Below are positions 43,439 through 54,416 of a DNA stretch of 64,000 nucleotides, in pieces (position 1 is the first letter of the stretch; each line of letters starts with the position of its first letter). The DNA is from an uncultured Candidatus Rokubacteria bacterium. GTDB taxonomy: Bacteria > Methylomirabilota > Methylomirabilia > Rokubacteriales > CSP1-6. The notes under the pieces are model-generated. The model saw only the letters and a program-made list of their open reading frames with translations. It was not told where the DNA came from and searched no databases. The translations under genes were made by a program, and so were the position numbers. The stretch spans positions 352,001 to 416,000 of the forward strand of contig CAWBMV010000037.1 in assembly GCA_963789955.1 (NCBI GenBank). The letters are read 5' to 3'.

Positions 43439-43840
43439 ATGGGGATCAAGGGCATCGATCACTGGGTGATCGTCGCGGGCGATCTGCAGCGCACCTTGAG
43501 CTTCTACGAGAGGCTCGGCTTCACGATCGCCTGGGAGAAGCGACCGGGCAGGCCGGACATGGCGACGATCCGCATCGGCGACGCGCAGAAGATCAACGTC
43601 CACGGGCCCGAGGCGCCGGAGCGACCGGGCTACCTCGGGGCCCGGCGGCCGACCGCCGGCGGCGCCGACTTCTGTCTGGAATGGGACGGGAGCGTCGACG
43701 AGATCCTCAGCTTGCTGCAGAAGAACGGCATCAAGCCCGAAGCGGGGCCCGGACCGCGCTCGTGCGCGCGCGGCACGTCGACCAGCGTCTACTTCCGGGA
43801 TCCCGACGACAACCTGGTCGAGTTCACCGTCTACCCCTAG
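43439..43840 (+). CDS. VOC/glyoxalase family protein
   Basis: IDHWVI; SVYFRDPDDNLVEF. Confidence 0.9.
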   Translation: MGIKGIDHWVIVAGDLQRTLSFYERLGFTIAWEKRPGRPDMATIRIGDAQKINVHGPEAPERPGYLGARRPTAGGADFCLEWDGSVDEILSLLQKNGIKPEAGPGPRSCARGTSTSVYFRDPDDNLVEFTVYP

Positions 43841-44703
43841 CGCGTGACGAAGTCGCGGATCACCGCCAGGGCGCGCTCCGGCGCGTCCGGCAGCACGGCG
43901 TGTCCGCATCCGGGAAAGCGCTCGAAGCGGACCAGATGCGCCGGGAGCGCCGCCGCGATATCGGCCTGACATTCGATCGGCGTCATCGGATCGTCTTCCC
44001 CGCCGAGCACGAGCGTCGGACACTGCACGCGCGAGAGCTCCGGGACCAGATTGAAGGTGTGCCCCTCCCCGCCCGGGCGCGTGAACCAATGCGTGACCTC
44101 GGGATGTCGGACCGCGCGGCCCGCCACGTCGGGATTGCGCGGCGTACGCGTGTAGAGCGGAAAGGCCAGGCGCAGCCAGGCCTCGACGGCGGCCGAATCG
44201 GCGTGGCCGTGGCCCTCGAGGAACCGGCGACGCGCCAGCGCCCCGACCTCCGGACCGCCGAAGCGCTCGAACAGCGCCACCCGCCGCTCCAGATGCGTGT
44301 CGCCGGCGGCCTCGGTGCTCACCAGGATCAGCTTCGCGGGATGGTCGGGATAGCGTGCGGCGTACGCCAGCGCCACCGTCCCGCCGAACGACGCGCCGTA
44401 GACGATCGGACGCGCGATACCGACCGTCTCGCAGAAGGCGCGTACATCGTCGGCCCACTGCGCGAGCGTCCAGCTCTCCCGCGCGCCCGGCTCGCTGCGG
44501 CCGTTGCCGCGATGATCCAGGAACACGACCTGGGCGATATCGGCCAGGGTCGAGAACGCCGGCTTGTAGATCGAATGGTCGAGACCGGGGCCTCCGTGGA
44601 GGAGCAGAAGCGTCGGCCTCTCGCGCATGGCGGCGCCATCGGGCACGAGGCTCGCGCCGTCGACGTCGAAGAACAGTCGCACACCGTTGACGACGACGCG
44701 CAT
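43837..44703 (-). CDS. Alpha/beta hydrolase (proline iminopeptidase-like)
   Basis: HGGPG, DHRGNGRS, GASFGG, CGH. Confidence 0.88.
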   Translation of the reverse strand: MRVVVNGVRLFFDVDGASLVPDGAAMRERPTLLLLHGGPGLDHSIYKPAFSTLADIAQVVFLDHRGNGRSEPGARESWTLAQWADDVRAFCETVGIARPIVYGASFGGTVALAYAARYPDHPAKLILVSTEAAGDTHLERRVALFERFGGPEVGALARRRFLEGHGHADSAAVEAWLRLAFPLYTRTPRNPDVAGRAVRHPEVTHWFTRPGGEGHTFNLVPELSRVQCPTLVLGGEDDPMTPIECQADIAAALPAHLVRFERFPGCGHAVLPDAPERALAVIRDFVTR

Positions 44704-44734
44704 CTCAGCGGAGGGCGCCGCCGGAGTGAGCAGG

Positions 44735-45177
44735 TCAGCCCGATTGCTGCCGCAAGATGGCACAGGTGGCCGTTGCGTGGGCGAGCAACGTTCCTTCGGC
44801 GTCGCGGAGCGACGCCTCCGACACCCCGAGACTGCGCGAGATGTTGATGACGCGCCCTCCGCGACCAGGTCCTGCTCGAGCGGCACGGCCTTCAGCATCT
44901 TCACGTTGAGGTCGATCGTGCCGATCCCGACGCCGGCCTCCAGCATCGTGTGGACCGCGCATCCGGTGACCGAATCGAGCACCGTCGCGGCGAAGCCGCC
45001 GTGCACGCCGCCGAGCGGGTTGACGTGGCGCCGGTCGGCACGCGCGTGGAACTTGACGTAGCCTGGGCTCGCGTCGGTGACGCGCATCGGGATCGTGTCG
45101 GCCATGGTGGGGTGCGGGAGCTTGCCGTCCCGCATCGCCTGGAACACCTCCAGGCCCGACATCTCGCGGACGTTCAT
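44735..45177 (-). CDS. PaaI-family thioesterase (frameshift near 44860)
   Basis: NPLGGVHGG..ATVLDS; the C-terminus LLAHATATC lies in another frame. Confidence 0.85.
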
Positions 45178-45216
45178 GCGCTCACTCGATCACCCGCATC
45201 GATCCGCGATTCAGAT

Positions 45217-45780
45217 TCATGTGCCGGCCAGGCGCGCGACGATCGGCGCGACCTTCGCCATCGCGTCATCCAGCACGACGTAGTAGGAAAAGCCGTAGCG
45301 CTCCCGGCGCGCGCGCATCTCGTCGACGATGTGCTCGAGCGACCCGATGAAAACCGACGGCATCTCCAGCACCTGCTCGGAGGTTACGTCCTTCCATCCT
45401 CGATCGTGCGCGAGCTGTTCGGCCGCCTGCCGCCGTTCTGCCGTGAAGACGACCGTCGCGACCATGCTCAGCTCGATCTCGCGGAACCGCTCGCCGGCGA
45501 CCTGACGAACCTGCTCGACTCTCTGGGCCACGGCCGAGGCCAGGCGACCGCTCGGATCGTCCGCCATCGTGCCGTTGGCCGTGGACACGGTTTGAAAGCC
45601 GATGATATCGGCTTCGCGGGCCGCGATCGAGAGCATGCGCTTGCCGGCGGCTCCGATCAGGAGGGGCGGCCGTGGGCGCTGCACGGGCTTGGGGAAACCG
45701 TCGAGGTTCGTCACCACGTAGTGCAGGGCCTCCGGCGAACGCGCGTGCTCGCCGAAAACTCCGAACCGAAAGGGTCGCAC
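45217..45780 (-). pseudogene. LLM-class (F420-type) oxidoreductase with large in-frame internal deletion
   Basis: MRPFRFGV N-terminus joined directly to HY..NL.GFPKPVQRPRPPLLIG; 187 aa versus ~300 aa typical. Confidence 0.7.
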
Positions 45781-45801
45781 AGACGCCGGATGCGGGCGGG
45801 C

Positions 45802-47527
45802 CTAGCGCTCGCGGAAACGGTTGACGATCGGCGGACGCCAGTCGCGGCCGAAGGCGCGCGGCGTGATCTTGACGCCGATCGGAGCCTGGCGGCGCTTGTA
45901 CTCGTTCGCGTCCACCATCGCAACGACGCGGCGCACCGTGTCCGACGGGAAGCCGCGGGCGATGAGGTCGTTCACGCCCTGGTCCTCCTGGACGTAGCCC
46001 TCGAGAATGCGGTCGAGCACCTCGTAGGGCGGCAGGGTGTCCTGGTCGGTCTGGTTGGGTCGAAGCTCGGCCGACGGGGCCCGCGTGAACACGGTCTCTG
46101 GAATGACCGGCCGGCCGGCGCGCGCGTTGACATGGCGCGCGACGTCGTAGACCAGCATCTTCGGCACGTCCTTGATGACGGCGAAGCCCGCCCGCCATGT
46201 CGCCGTAGAGCGTCGTGTAGCCGACGCTGTACTCGCTCTTGTTGCCCGTCGTGAGCACGAGCCAGCCGAACTTGTTCGAGAGCGCCATGAGGAGGTTGCC
46301 CCGGATGCGGGCCTGGATGTTCTCCTCGGTGACGTCCTCCTTCATGCCCTTGAACGCCTTGCCCAGGGTGCGCTTGTACGCGTTGAGGAGCGGCGTGATC
46401 GGGATCGTCAGGAACTCGATGCCGAGCTGCTTGGCCAGCCGCTGAGCGTCGCGCCGCGTGCCGGCCGACGAGTAGGTGGACGGCATCCCCACGCCCGCCA
46501 CGTTCTCGCGGCCGAGCGCCTCGACGGCGACGGCGGCGACGAGCGACGAATCGATCCCGCCGGAGAGGCCGATCACCACGCGCTTGAACCCGTTCTTCCG
46601 CACGTAGTCGCGCGTGCCGAGGACTAGCGCCTCGAAGACCTCCTCGACCGGCGCCAGAGCCGGCACCTCGCGCGGCGGGAGCGGCGGCGCGTCGGGCGTG
46701 GGTAGCGGCGGCAGCGAGACCCGCGTGGCGGTCTCGCGGACCACGAGCTTCTCCTTGCGTCGCCGCGAGTCGTGCAGCCGCGCCCGGAAGACGGCATCGA
46801 GATCGAGGTCAGCGACGACCAGATCCTCCTCGAACATCCGCCCGCGCGCGAGGCACTCGCCGTGCTCGTTCACGATCATGCTGGCCCCGTCGAACACGAG
46901 CTCGTCCTGACCGCCGACCATGTTGACGTAGGCGACGCACACCAGATCGTCCACCGCCCGCGTCGAGACGAGCTGCTCGCGGAAGCGGGCCTTGCCGACG
47001 TGATAGGGCGAGCCGTTGATGTTGACGACCAGCTCGGCGCCGCCCAGCGCCTGCACCGAGGTCGGTCCCGCCGGATACCAGATGTCCTCGCAGACGTTCA
47101 CGGCGAAGGTCGTGTCGCCTGCGACGAAGACCGGCGTCTCGGTGCCGGCCTGGAAGTAGCGGTTCTCGTCGAAGACGCCGTAGTTCGGCAGGTATTGCTT
47201 GTGATAGACCCCGGCGCGGACACCGTCGTGGAGCACCGCAGCGGCATTGAAGATGTCGTCGCGCTTGTCCACGAAGCCCACCACGACCGAGAGCCCCCGG
47301 GACGCGCGCGTCACCTCGTCGAGCGCGCGCAGGTTCGCCTCGATGAACGCGGGCTTGAACAGGAGGTCTTCGGGCGGGTAGCCGCTGATCGCGAGCTCGG
47401 GAAAGGCCACCAGGGCGGCCCCCTGCGCGCGAGCCCGCTCGATCGCGTCCACGATCACGCGGACGTTGCGTTCGAAATCGCCGACCGTGGGGTTGATCTG
47501 CCCCAGGGCGACCCGCAGGCGCCTCAT
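45802..47527 (-). CDS. nadE: Glutamine-dependent NAD+ synthetase (frameshift near 46190)
   Basis: Nitrilase domain ([18 protein letters not shown]) plus [31 protein letters not shown]. Confidence 0.95.
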
Positions 47528-47575
47528 GGCCCCTATTGTACTGGGGCAGGGCATCGCCTGTTATGATCGGGTTCG

Positions 47576-47764
47576 ATGCCCGCCAAGATCCCGTGGCTGC
47601 CCTCGACTCTGCCGCCCAACGCCCGTCCCGAGCGCTGCCCGAACTGCGCGCGCCTGACGCTGATCCAGTGGACCCTACGCCGCGACGACCGCACCAAGGT
47701 CGTGCTGCGCACCTGGGTCTGCACCGAGTGTCAGGTCACTCAGGAGCGACCGGAGCCCGAGTAG
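47576..47764 (+). CDS. Small Zn-ribbon protein
   Basis: 62 aa with CPNC...WVCTEC; TGTTATGAT -10 box 8 nt upstream. Confidence 0.7.
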   Translation: MPAKIPWLPSTLPPNARPERCPNCARLTLIQWTLRRDDRTKVVLRTWVCTECQVTQERPEPE

Positions 47765-48389
47765 CATCTCGTGGCTGACGCCCTCGCCGCGCCGCCCAAA
47801 GCGGTCCAGCGAGACCACGAAGCAGGCCATCTCGTCGAAGTGGGCGTACTTGCCCGTGTAGCGTTCCAGGCCGGCCGCGATCGGGTCGATGCCGAGGCGC
47901 TCCACCGCCGCGTCCGTGAACAGCACGTACGTCCTTGGCTCGACCTCGTTCTTGAGGAACCGGTGCACCAGGATGATGTCCGGTCCCGCGACTCGCGCGC
48001 GCCCGCGCACGGTCTGCCGCATGAAGCTCCCGTGATGGACGATCAGCTTCAGGCTCAGATCGAGCACGCCGCGGCACGCCCGACAGAGGCAGCTCATATC
48101 CAGGGCGATCTCCCGCTGCCGCTCGCTGAAGACCTCGAACGCTCGGTTGAATGCCGCCATGAGCGCCCGGTCGGCTTCCCCGGCCGTCGTCCGGCGCCAG
48201 CGCAAATACCGCATCGCCTTCCAGCTCCTGGATCTCCAGCGGGGGCGCCAGAGCCTCCATGACGCCGGCCAGGAGCACCCCCGTCACCTGCGCACCATGC
48301 TCGAGCTCAGTCGCAGTCACGAAGGCCGTAAAGCCTGAAATATCTGCCAGAACCAGGAATCCAGACTGCAGTCGATCGCCGTGTGCCAT
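47675..48389 (-). CDS. DUF2652 (nucleotide-cyclase-like fold) protein, frameshifted; 3' end uncertain
   Basis: LADISGFT, EGDAVF, CLCRAC, LKLIVHHG, VHRFLKN. Confidence 0.8.
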
Positions 48390-48479
48390 ATGCCTCCTCC
48401 CTCAGCTACTGAGACACCGGTGGCCGACTCCCGTGAAAGAATCGCAGGCAGGGCGCGGCGCTATCGCTGCGTGGAGCGG

Positions 48480-49513
48480 CTACAGCTGGTTGACGAAGTC
48501 GATCAGCTGGCGCAGCCGACCGAAGGAGCGGTGATCGAACGGGAGGATAAGCCGGCCGAGGTCGGGAAACTCGTTGAGCTCCTGTGGCACGGGCCCGGGC
48601 TCGAGCCTCGACCTGGCCCCTGAGAATGTCGGCGAACTTGTCCTGAAGATCGGCGACCTGCGCCGGCTGGATCGGCCGGTTCAGCCGGAAGACCAGGTCG
48701 TCGCCGACGATCCGCGACGAGTGATAGACGCGATAGAAGCCGGTGATCTCGGCCACGGCTTCGTCGGGCGAGTCGACGATCCTGAACAAGCTCGTGTCCT
48801 CGGAGTCGATGAGCCCGCGCTCGACCAGGGTGCCCGCGATCCAGCGGTGCCAGATGCGCCAGTACGGCTTGGGCCCGGACTCGATCAGCACGACGGGAAC
48901 GAGCGCCGACTTGCCCGTCTGCATCAAGGTGAGGAGCTCGAAGGTCTCGTCCATCGTCCCGAAGCCCCCGGGGAACAGCGCCACTCCGCTTGCTTCTTTC
49001 ACGAGAAAGAGCTTGCGGGTGAAGAAATACTTGAAGGTGATCAGCTTGGGGTCGGAGGCGATCCACGGATTCGCTTCCTGCTCGAACGGCAGCCGGATGT
49101 TCAACCCGAAGCTCTTCTCGCCCCCCGCCCCTTCCTGCGCGGCGCCCATGATGCCGGCGCCGGCGCCGGTGACGACCATCCAGCCCTCTTCGGTCATGCG
49201 CTTGCCGAAGAGCCGGGCGCTCGCCATCGCCTCCTCGCTCGAAGCTGCGCGCGCCGAGCCGAAGACCGTGACCTTGCGGACGCTTGGCGTACGGGGCGAA
49301 CACCTTGTAGGCGTAGCGCAGCTCTTTGAGAGCCGTGGTCGTGATCTTGAGGTCGCCCGTCCCGGAGCCGTCCTCGTGCAGCTTGAGCGCGGTCGTCAGG
49401 AGTTGCTGAAGGTATCCTCGGCGCTCGACCGGCACTTCCTCGACGTCGAGCAGGTCGGCGATCAGTTGGTTGGCGGCGTCCTTCTGGAGCTGATACCTAC
49501 GAGCCTCGGCCAC
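48480..49513 (-). CDS. LOG-family (TIGR00730-like) nucleotide phosphoribohydrolase, frameshifted
   Basis: VFGSAR, TGAGAGIM, FKYFFTRK, PGGFGTMDE. Confidence 0.88.
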
Positions 49514-49529
49514 GGTTTCGAGTATACCG

Positions 49530-50433
49530 TCACCGGGCGCCGGGGCCGAATGCGACCGCAAGCCCGGTCACGACCAGGATGCCGCCGAGGATCGTGAAGA
49601 TCGTGACAGGTTCGCCCAGCAGCACCGCCCCCAGCAGCGCCCCCACGATCGGCTGGACGTTGAGAAAGATGGCCGCCCGCGGCGCCGGGACCCTCGCGAG
49701 CGCCCAGTTCCAGACGACGTAGCCGAGCGCGGTAATGACGACGGCGAGATAGAGCGTGCCGGCCACCGCTCCGGCGCCCCAGACCGGCCGTGCCCCGGAC
49801 GCCCACTCGAGGCCGGCGATCGGCAAGAGCGCGGCGGCGCCCCACATGAGCGACCTGGTCGTGACGGCGAACGGAGCGTGCCGCTCGAGCACGCGGCGCC
49901 CCAGAAGCGAGTAGGACGCGTAGGCGACGCCCGCGAGCACGAGAACCAGATCACCGGCCCAGTGCGGCACGAGCTTCTCGGTCACGCCGGGGATCCCATT
50001 CACGACGAGGACGACGGTCCCGGCGATCGTGAGCGCCGCGCCGACCGCGCCGCGCCGGGACAGGCGCTCGCCGAGATACCACGGGCTCAAGAGGATCATC
50101 GCGATCGGCTCGACGGTGATCAGGAGGGCCGCGTTCGTCGCCGTCGAGTGCGCGATTCCCCAGTTGGAACAGACATATGCGCCGGCAAACCCGAGAATTC
50201 CCATCCACATGATCGCCCGGTGGTCGGCGCCGGACAATGGCTCGGCGGGCTGTCTGCCGAGAGAGCAGCAGGAGCACCAGCCAGGCGATGAAGAGCCGCG
50301 AGAACGCGAGCGTCGCGGGCGGGACGCTCTGCAACGTGACCCGGGCCACGACATACGACGTCCCATAGACGACATTGGCCGCGAGCATCACGAGCTCGGC
50401 CGGGCCCGAAGAAGACCGCGTCGCGGTGTTCAA
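49530..50433 (-). CDS. EamA/DMT transporter (frameshift near 50270; start uncertain)
   Basis: ~10 TM segments; LGERLS, WNWAL, LLGEP. Confidence 0.85.
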
Positions 50434-50599
50434 GCGGTCCAAGCCGAACGACGACTGCGAGCGCGGCCGGCGACCGAACGGACTGCGCGACGACCACTGG
50501 TGCCAGGCGAGGCACATCGACCCGCACCGACGGACGGAGGACGGGTGGCACCGGGAGACGTGCCCGCGCGTGACACGCGCTCTCGACAGCCCGAGCGGT

Positions 50600-52987
50600 T
50601 CAGGCACGCCGAGCGCGTTCGATCAGTCGGCGGAGACGATCGGGATCGAGCGGCATCTCGCGCACGCGCACACCCAGCGGCGCGAGCGCGTCGTCGATGG
50701 CCTCGGCGACAAGCGCCGGAACAGGGATCGCGCCGGCCTCCCCCACCCCTTTGATCCCGAGCTCGTTCAAGGGCGACGGCGTCTCGATGTGGCCGATCTC
50801 GATCTCCGGGATCTCGAGCGCGGTCGGCATCAGGAAATCCATGAAGGTCGTGGTGAGCGGCTGGCCGGAGTCGTCGTAGACGATGCGCTCGTAGAACGAG
50901 CCGCCGACGCCCTGCGCGACGCCGCCGCGGATCTGCCCCTCGACGATCATGGGGTTCACCAGGGTGCCGCAGTCGTGCTGGACGACGTAGCGCAGGATGG
51001 TCAGATTGCCGGTATCGATGTCCACCTCGACGATCGCGGCGTGGCAGCCGCTGGCGAACGTCGCCTGCGGCGGCGCGTAGTAGCCACGCGCCTCGAGGCC
51101 CGGCTCTTCGCGCTCCTGGAGCACGGGGCCCTCTCGCGGCTTCACGAGCCTCAGCGCGGCCTCGGCCGCCCCCTTGCCGTACGCGTAGCGGATGGGGTTC
51201 GCGACCGTGGCCAGGGCACCGAGCGTCAGCTCCTTGCCCGGCACGCCCTTGACTCGTACGCGTCCGTCGGCGAGCTCGAGGTCGTGCGGCGACACCTCGA
51301 GCAGGCTCGCCGCCAGGCGCAGCGCCTTCTCGCGGACCGCCATCGCGGCGCGATGGATCGCGTTGCCGCTGGTGACCAGGCCGCGGCTCGCGTACGTTCC
51401 GGCGCCCCAGTTGAATTTGGTCGTATCGCCGGTGACCACCGTCACGTCGGCGGGACTGCAACCGATCGCGTCCGCGGCGATCTGCGCGAACGTCGTGCCG
51501 TGCCCCTGCCCCTGCGTGGTCAAGCCGGTGGCGACGAGAACCTTGCCGCTCGGCTCGACGCGAACGTGCGCGCCTTCGTACGGGCCGATCCCCGTGCCCT
51601 CGACGTAACAGCCGAAGCCCAGCCCGAGATACCGGCCGGCCCGGCGCGCTTCGGCCTGTCGCCGGCGAAAGTCCGCGACGCCGATCATCTCGACCGCCAT
51701 CGCGAGCCCGGCCGGATAGTTGCCGCTGTCGTAGCGGGTGGGGGCGCCGTCCTGGAAGGTCAGCCCGACGTCCCAGGGGAACTCGTGCGGCTGAACGAAG
51801 TTGCGGCGCCGGACCTCGGCCGGCTCGAGCCCGAGCTCACGCGCGATCAGGCCGATCGTGCGCTCCATGACAAAGGCGCCGTGCGGGCGTCCCGCCCCCC
51901 GGTACGGCGAGACCGCTGCCTTGTTGGTATAGGCGACCTCGAAGTCGACCGTGTAGTTCGGCAGACGGTAGGGCCCGGGCAGCTGCGTCGACGTGATGAT
52001 CGGGACGACGATGCCGTACGGCGTGTAGGCGCCCGTATCGTGGACGAAGTGGTCGCGCAGCGCCAGGATCCGGCCGGTCTCGTCGAAGCCGACCTCGACG
52101 TCGTGGATCTGGCCGCGCTCCTGGTTGGCGGCGATGAGGTGCTCGCGGCGGTCCTCCGTCCATTTCACCGGGCGTCCGAGCGTGATCGCCGCGTGGGGGA
52201 CGAGAATTTCCTCTGGATAAAAGAGCATGATCTTCGTTCCGAAGCCGCCGCCCACGTCGGGCGCGACGACCTCCACGTTGAATTCGGGCAGGCCGAAGAG
52301 CCCCGCGAGGCCGTTCTTGATGGGCAGCGGCGCCTGCGTCGAATCCCACACCCGGAGGATGCGCCGCCGTGCGTCCCACTCGGCCACCACGCCGCGCGCC
52401 TCGATCGGGCTCCCGCAGCTTCGCTCGATCGTGAGCCGCTCGCGGAGAACGCGCGGGGCGCGCGCGAGCTGGCCGTCGGCGTCGCCGACCGTCTGGCGGA
52501 AGCGCGCGGCGCGATTGTCCGGCACGTCCGGGTGTACGCGCGGCGCTCCGGGTGAGAGCGCGGTCGCCAGGTCGGTCACGACCGGGAGCGGCTCGTACTG
52601 GACCTCGATGAGCGCCGCCGCATCCTCGGCGATGTAGCGGCTGTCGGCGACGACGAAGGCCACCACCTCGCCGACGTAGCGGACCTCGCCGGCGGCGAGC
52701 GGGCGCTGGGTGCGTCCCTGCGTCAGGGTCGGGTGCGGAATCAGGAGCGGCGTCGGCTGGTTCAGATCGCCGAGCTCCGCGGCGGTCACGACGAGACGCA
52801 CCCCCGGCACGCGGCGCGCGGCCGCCGCGTCGATCCCCACGATCCGCGCGTGGGCGTGCGGGCTCCGGAGCGACGCGCCATGCAGGACTCCGGGCGGGTT
52901 CACGTCGTCGACGAAGCAGCCGAGACCCTGGAGCAGCCGCGGATCCTCGTTGCGCGGAATGCGCGCGCCGATGCTCCGCGTGGTCAT
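50600..52987 (-). CDS. Xanthine dehydrogenase-family molybdopterin-binding subunit (CoxL-like)
   Basis: RSPHAHARI, VGGGFGTK, PYRGAGRP, QGQGH, GTYASRG, KGVGEAG. Confidence 0.9.
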   Translation of the reverse strand: MTTRSIGARIPRNEDPRLLQGLGCFVDDVNPPGVLHGASLRSPHAHARIVGIDAAAARRVPGVRLVVTAAELGDLNQPTPLLIPHPTLTQGRTQRPLAAGEVRYVGEVVAFVVADSRYIAEDAAALIEVQYEPLPVVTDLATALSPGAPRVHPDVPDNRAARFRQTVGDADGQLARAPRVLRERLTIERSCGSPIEARGVVAEWDARRRILRVWDSTQAPLPIKNGLAGLFGLPEFNVEVVAPDVGGGFGTKIMLFYPEEILVPHAAITLGRPVKWTEDRREHLIAANQERGQIHDVEVGFDETGRILALRDHFVHDTGAYTPYGIVVPIITSTQLPGPYRLPNYTVDFEVAYTNKAAVSPYRGAGRPHGAFVMERTIGLIARELGLEPAEVRRRNFVQPHEFPWDVGLTFQDGAPTRYDSGNYPAGLAMAVEMIGVADFRRRQAEARRAGRYLGLGFGCYVEGTGIGPYEGAHVRVEPSGKVLVATGLTTQGQGHGTTFAQIAADAIGCSPADVTVVTGDTTKFNWGAGTYASRGLVTSGNAIHRAAMAVREKALRLAASLLEVSPHDLELADGRVRVKGVPGKELTLGALATVANPIRYAYGKGAAEAALRLVKPREGPVLQEREEPGLEARGYYAPPQATFASGCHAAIVEVDIDTGNLTILRYVVQHDCGTLVNPMIVEGQIRGGVAQGVGGSFYERIVYDDSGQPLTTTFMDFLMPTALEIPEIEIGHIETPSPLNELGIKGVGEAGAIPVPALVAEAIDDALAPLGVRVREMPLDPDRLRRLIERARRA

Positions 52988-52991
52988 CGGC

Positions 52992-54416
52992 TCAGGAGCG
53001 GGCGGTCGAGCCGGCGGCGGCCGTGCGGGCCTGCACGAGCGCCTCGAACGCGCGATCGAAGCACTGGCGCGGCGGCTTGACCAGACCGGCGCCGACCTGC
53101 CCGACTCCGGGCTCGCGATGGGCCATGCCGGTGTCGATCTGCGGCAGGATCCCGGTCTGCACGACCAGCCGCACGTCGATTCCCGTCGGCGTCCCGCGAA
53201 AATCGAGCGCCGGCAGCCGGTACGCCGAGCTCTCGCCGAGCGTGATCTCGTACATGAGCCGCGTGTACTCGAGCGCGTCGGCGGGCGTGCCGCCGACGAA
53301 CTGGACGACCGCCGGCGCGCCGCCCATGGCGAAGCCGCCGAGGCCGGCCGTCTCGGTGATGGCGCTGTCACCGATGTCGGGATTGGCGTCACCGGCACTG
53401 AACCCTGGGAAGTAGAGGCCCTCCGGTGTTTGCGCCGGGCCGGTGAACCATCGGTCACCGAGCCCGCCGACGCGGATCCCGAAGTCGGTCCCGTTCCGTG
53501 CCATCGTCGTCACGATCGTCGAGTCGGGAACGCCATGGGCGGCGTCGAGCGCGGCCTTGCACGCGGCCATGCCGACGTTCAGGAACAGGTGCTCGTTGGA
53601 CGCGGCGAACGCGAGGACCCGGCGGCGCTCCGACGGCCGGCAGATCGAGCGCCGGCGATCTCCGGCGCGAGCGCCTTGATGAGCAGCGCGGAGGCGGCGC
53701 GATTGCGGTTGTGGCACTCGTCGCCCATCTGCACGGCCTGGCCGATGAGCGCCCTGAGATCGACGCCGCCCGCTCGCCGGATCGCTTCGCCGAACGCCGG
53801 GCCGACGACATCCCGGAACCAGCGGAGACGATCGATCACGTCCGGCGCGTAGGCGCCGTAGCGGAGCACCTTCCCGAGCCCCTCGTTGATCGTCGAGTAG
53901 GCGCGGTTCCCGGCCGTTCGGTTCTCGACCACGAGCACCGGCATCGAGGCGGTCGTGGCGCCGGCCATCGGCCCGACCGTCGCGTGATGATGGCAAGGAT
54001 CGAAGCGAATGGCGCCGCGGGTCGACGAGCCGCTCGGCCTCCTGCCACGTCGTCGCCAGGCCTTCGTAGATCAGCGCGCCGACGATGCCGCCGCGCAGCG
54101 GCCCGCTCATCCGCTCCCACGCGATCGGCGGACCGGCGTGCAGAACGGTCTCGCGCGTCATGCCCGGCACGACCTCGATGGCCGGGCGCACGTCGATCAG
54201 GACTTGATGGGCGGCGAGGATACGGTCGAGCGTGACCCGATTCGCGAGGTCGACGGCATCGCACCAGAGCGAGGCGAGATCGCCCGCCGCGGACGGTGGT
54301 CGCCAGTCGACCCGCCGAACCGGGACCCCCTGGGCGGCGAGAGCCGACGCGAAGAGATCGGGCCCCACGACGACGGCCCCAAGCGGCTCGCGGAGGAGCT
54401 TGGCCTCAGACGACAT
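52992..54416 (-). CDS. ylbE: YlbE/YahG (DUF1116) family protein, 2 frameshifts
   Basis: LHAGPP, NEGLGKVLRYGA, MGDECHNRN, ARNGTDFG, DIGDSAITET, RGTPTGID. Confidence 0.85.
   Translation of the reverse strand: MSSEAKLLREPLGAVVVGPDLFASALAAQGVPVRRVDWRPPSAAGDLASLWCDAVDLANRVTLDRILAAHQVLIDVRPAIEVVPGMTRETVLHAGPPIAWERMSGPLRGGIVGALIYEGLATTWQEAERLVDPRRHSLRSLPSSRDGRADGRRHDRLDAGARGREPNGREPRLLDDQRGAREGAPLRRLRAGRDRSSPLVPGCRRPGVRRSDPASGRRRSQGAHRPGRADGRRVPQPQSRRLRAAHQGARAGDRRRSICRPSERRRVLAFAASNEHLFLNVGMAACKAALDAAHGVPDSTIVTTMARNGTDFGIRVGGLGDRWFTGPAQTPEGLYFPGFSAGDANPDIGDSAITETAGLGGFAMGGAPAVVQFVGGTPADALEYTRLMYEITLGESSAYRLPALDFRGTPTGIDVRLVVQTGILPQIDTGMAHREPGVGQVGAGLVKPPRQCFDRAFEALVQARTAAAGSTARS

Noticed and set aside
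43837..45177. Apparent PaaI thioesterase-alpha/beta hydrolase fusion (446 aa ORF)
   Set aside because: The true PaaI C-terminus lies in another frame ending at 44735, so the fusion arises from a frameshift near 44860.
50600..52987. Aerobic CO dehydrogenase (form I coxL)
   Set aside because: The active-site loop is PYRGAGR, not AYxCSFR, and no coxM/coxS or accessory genes are present.
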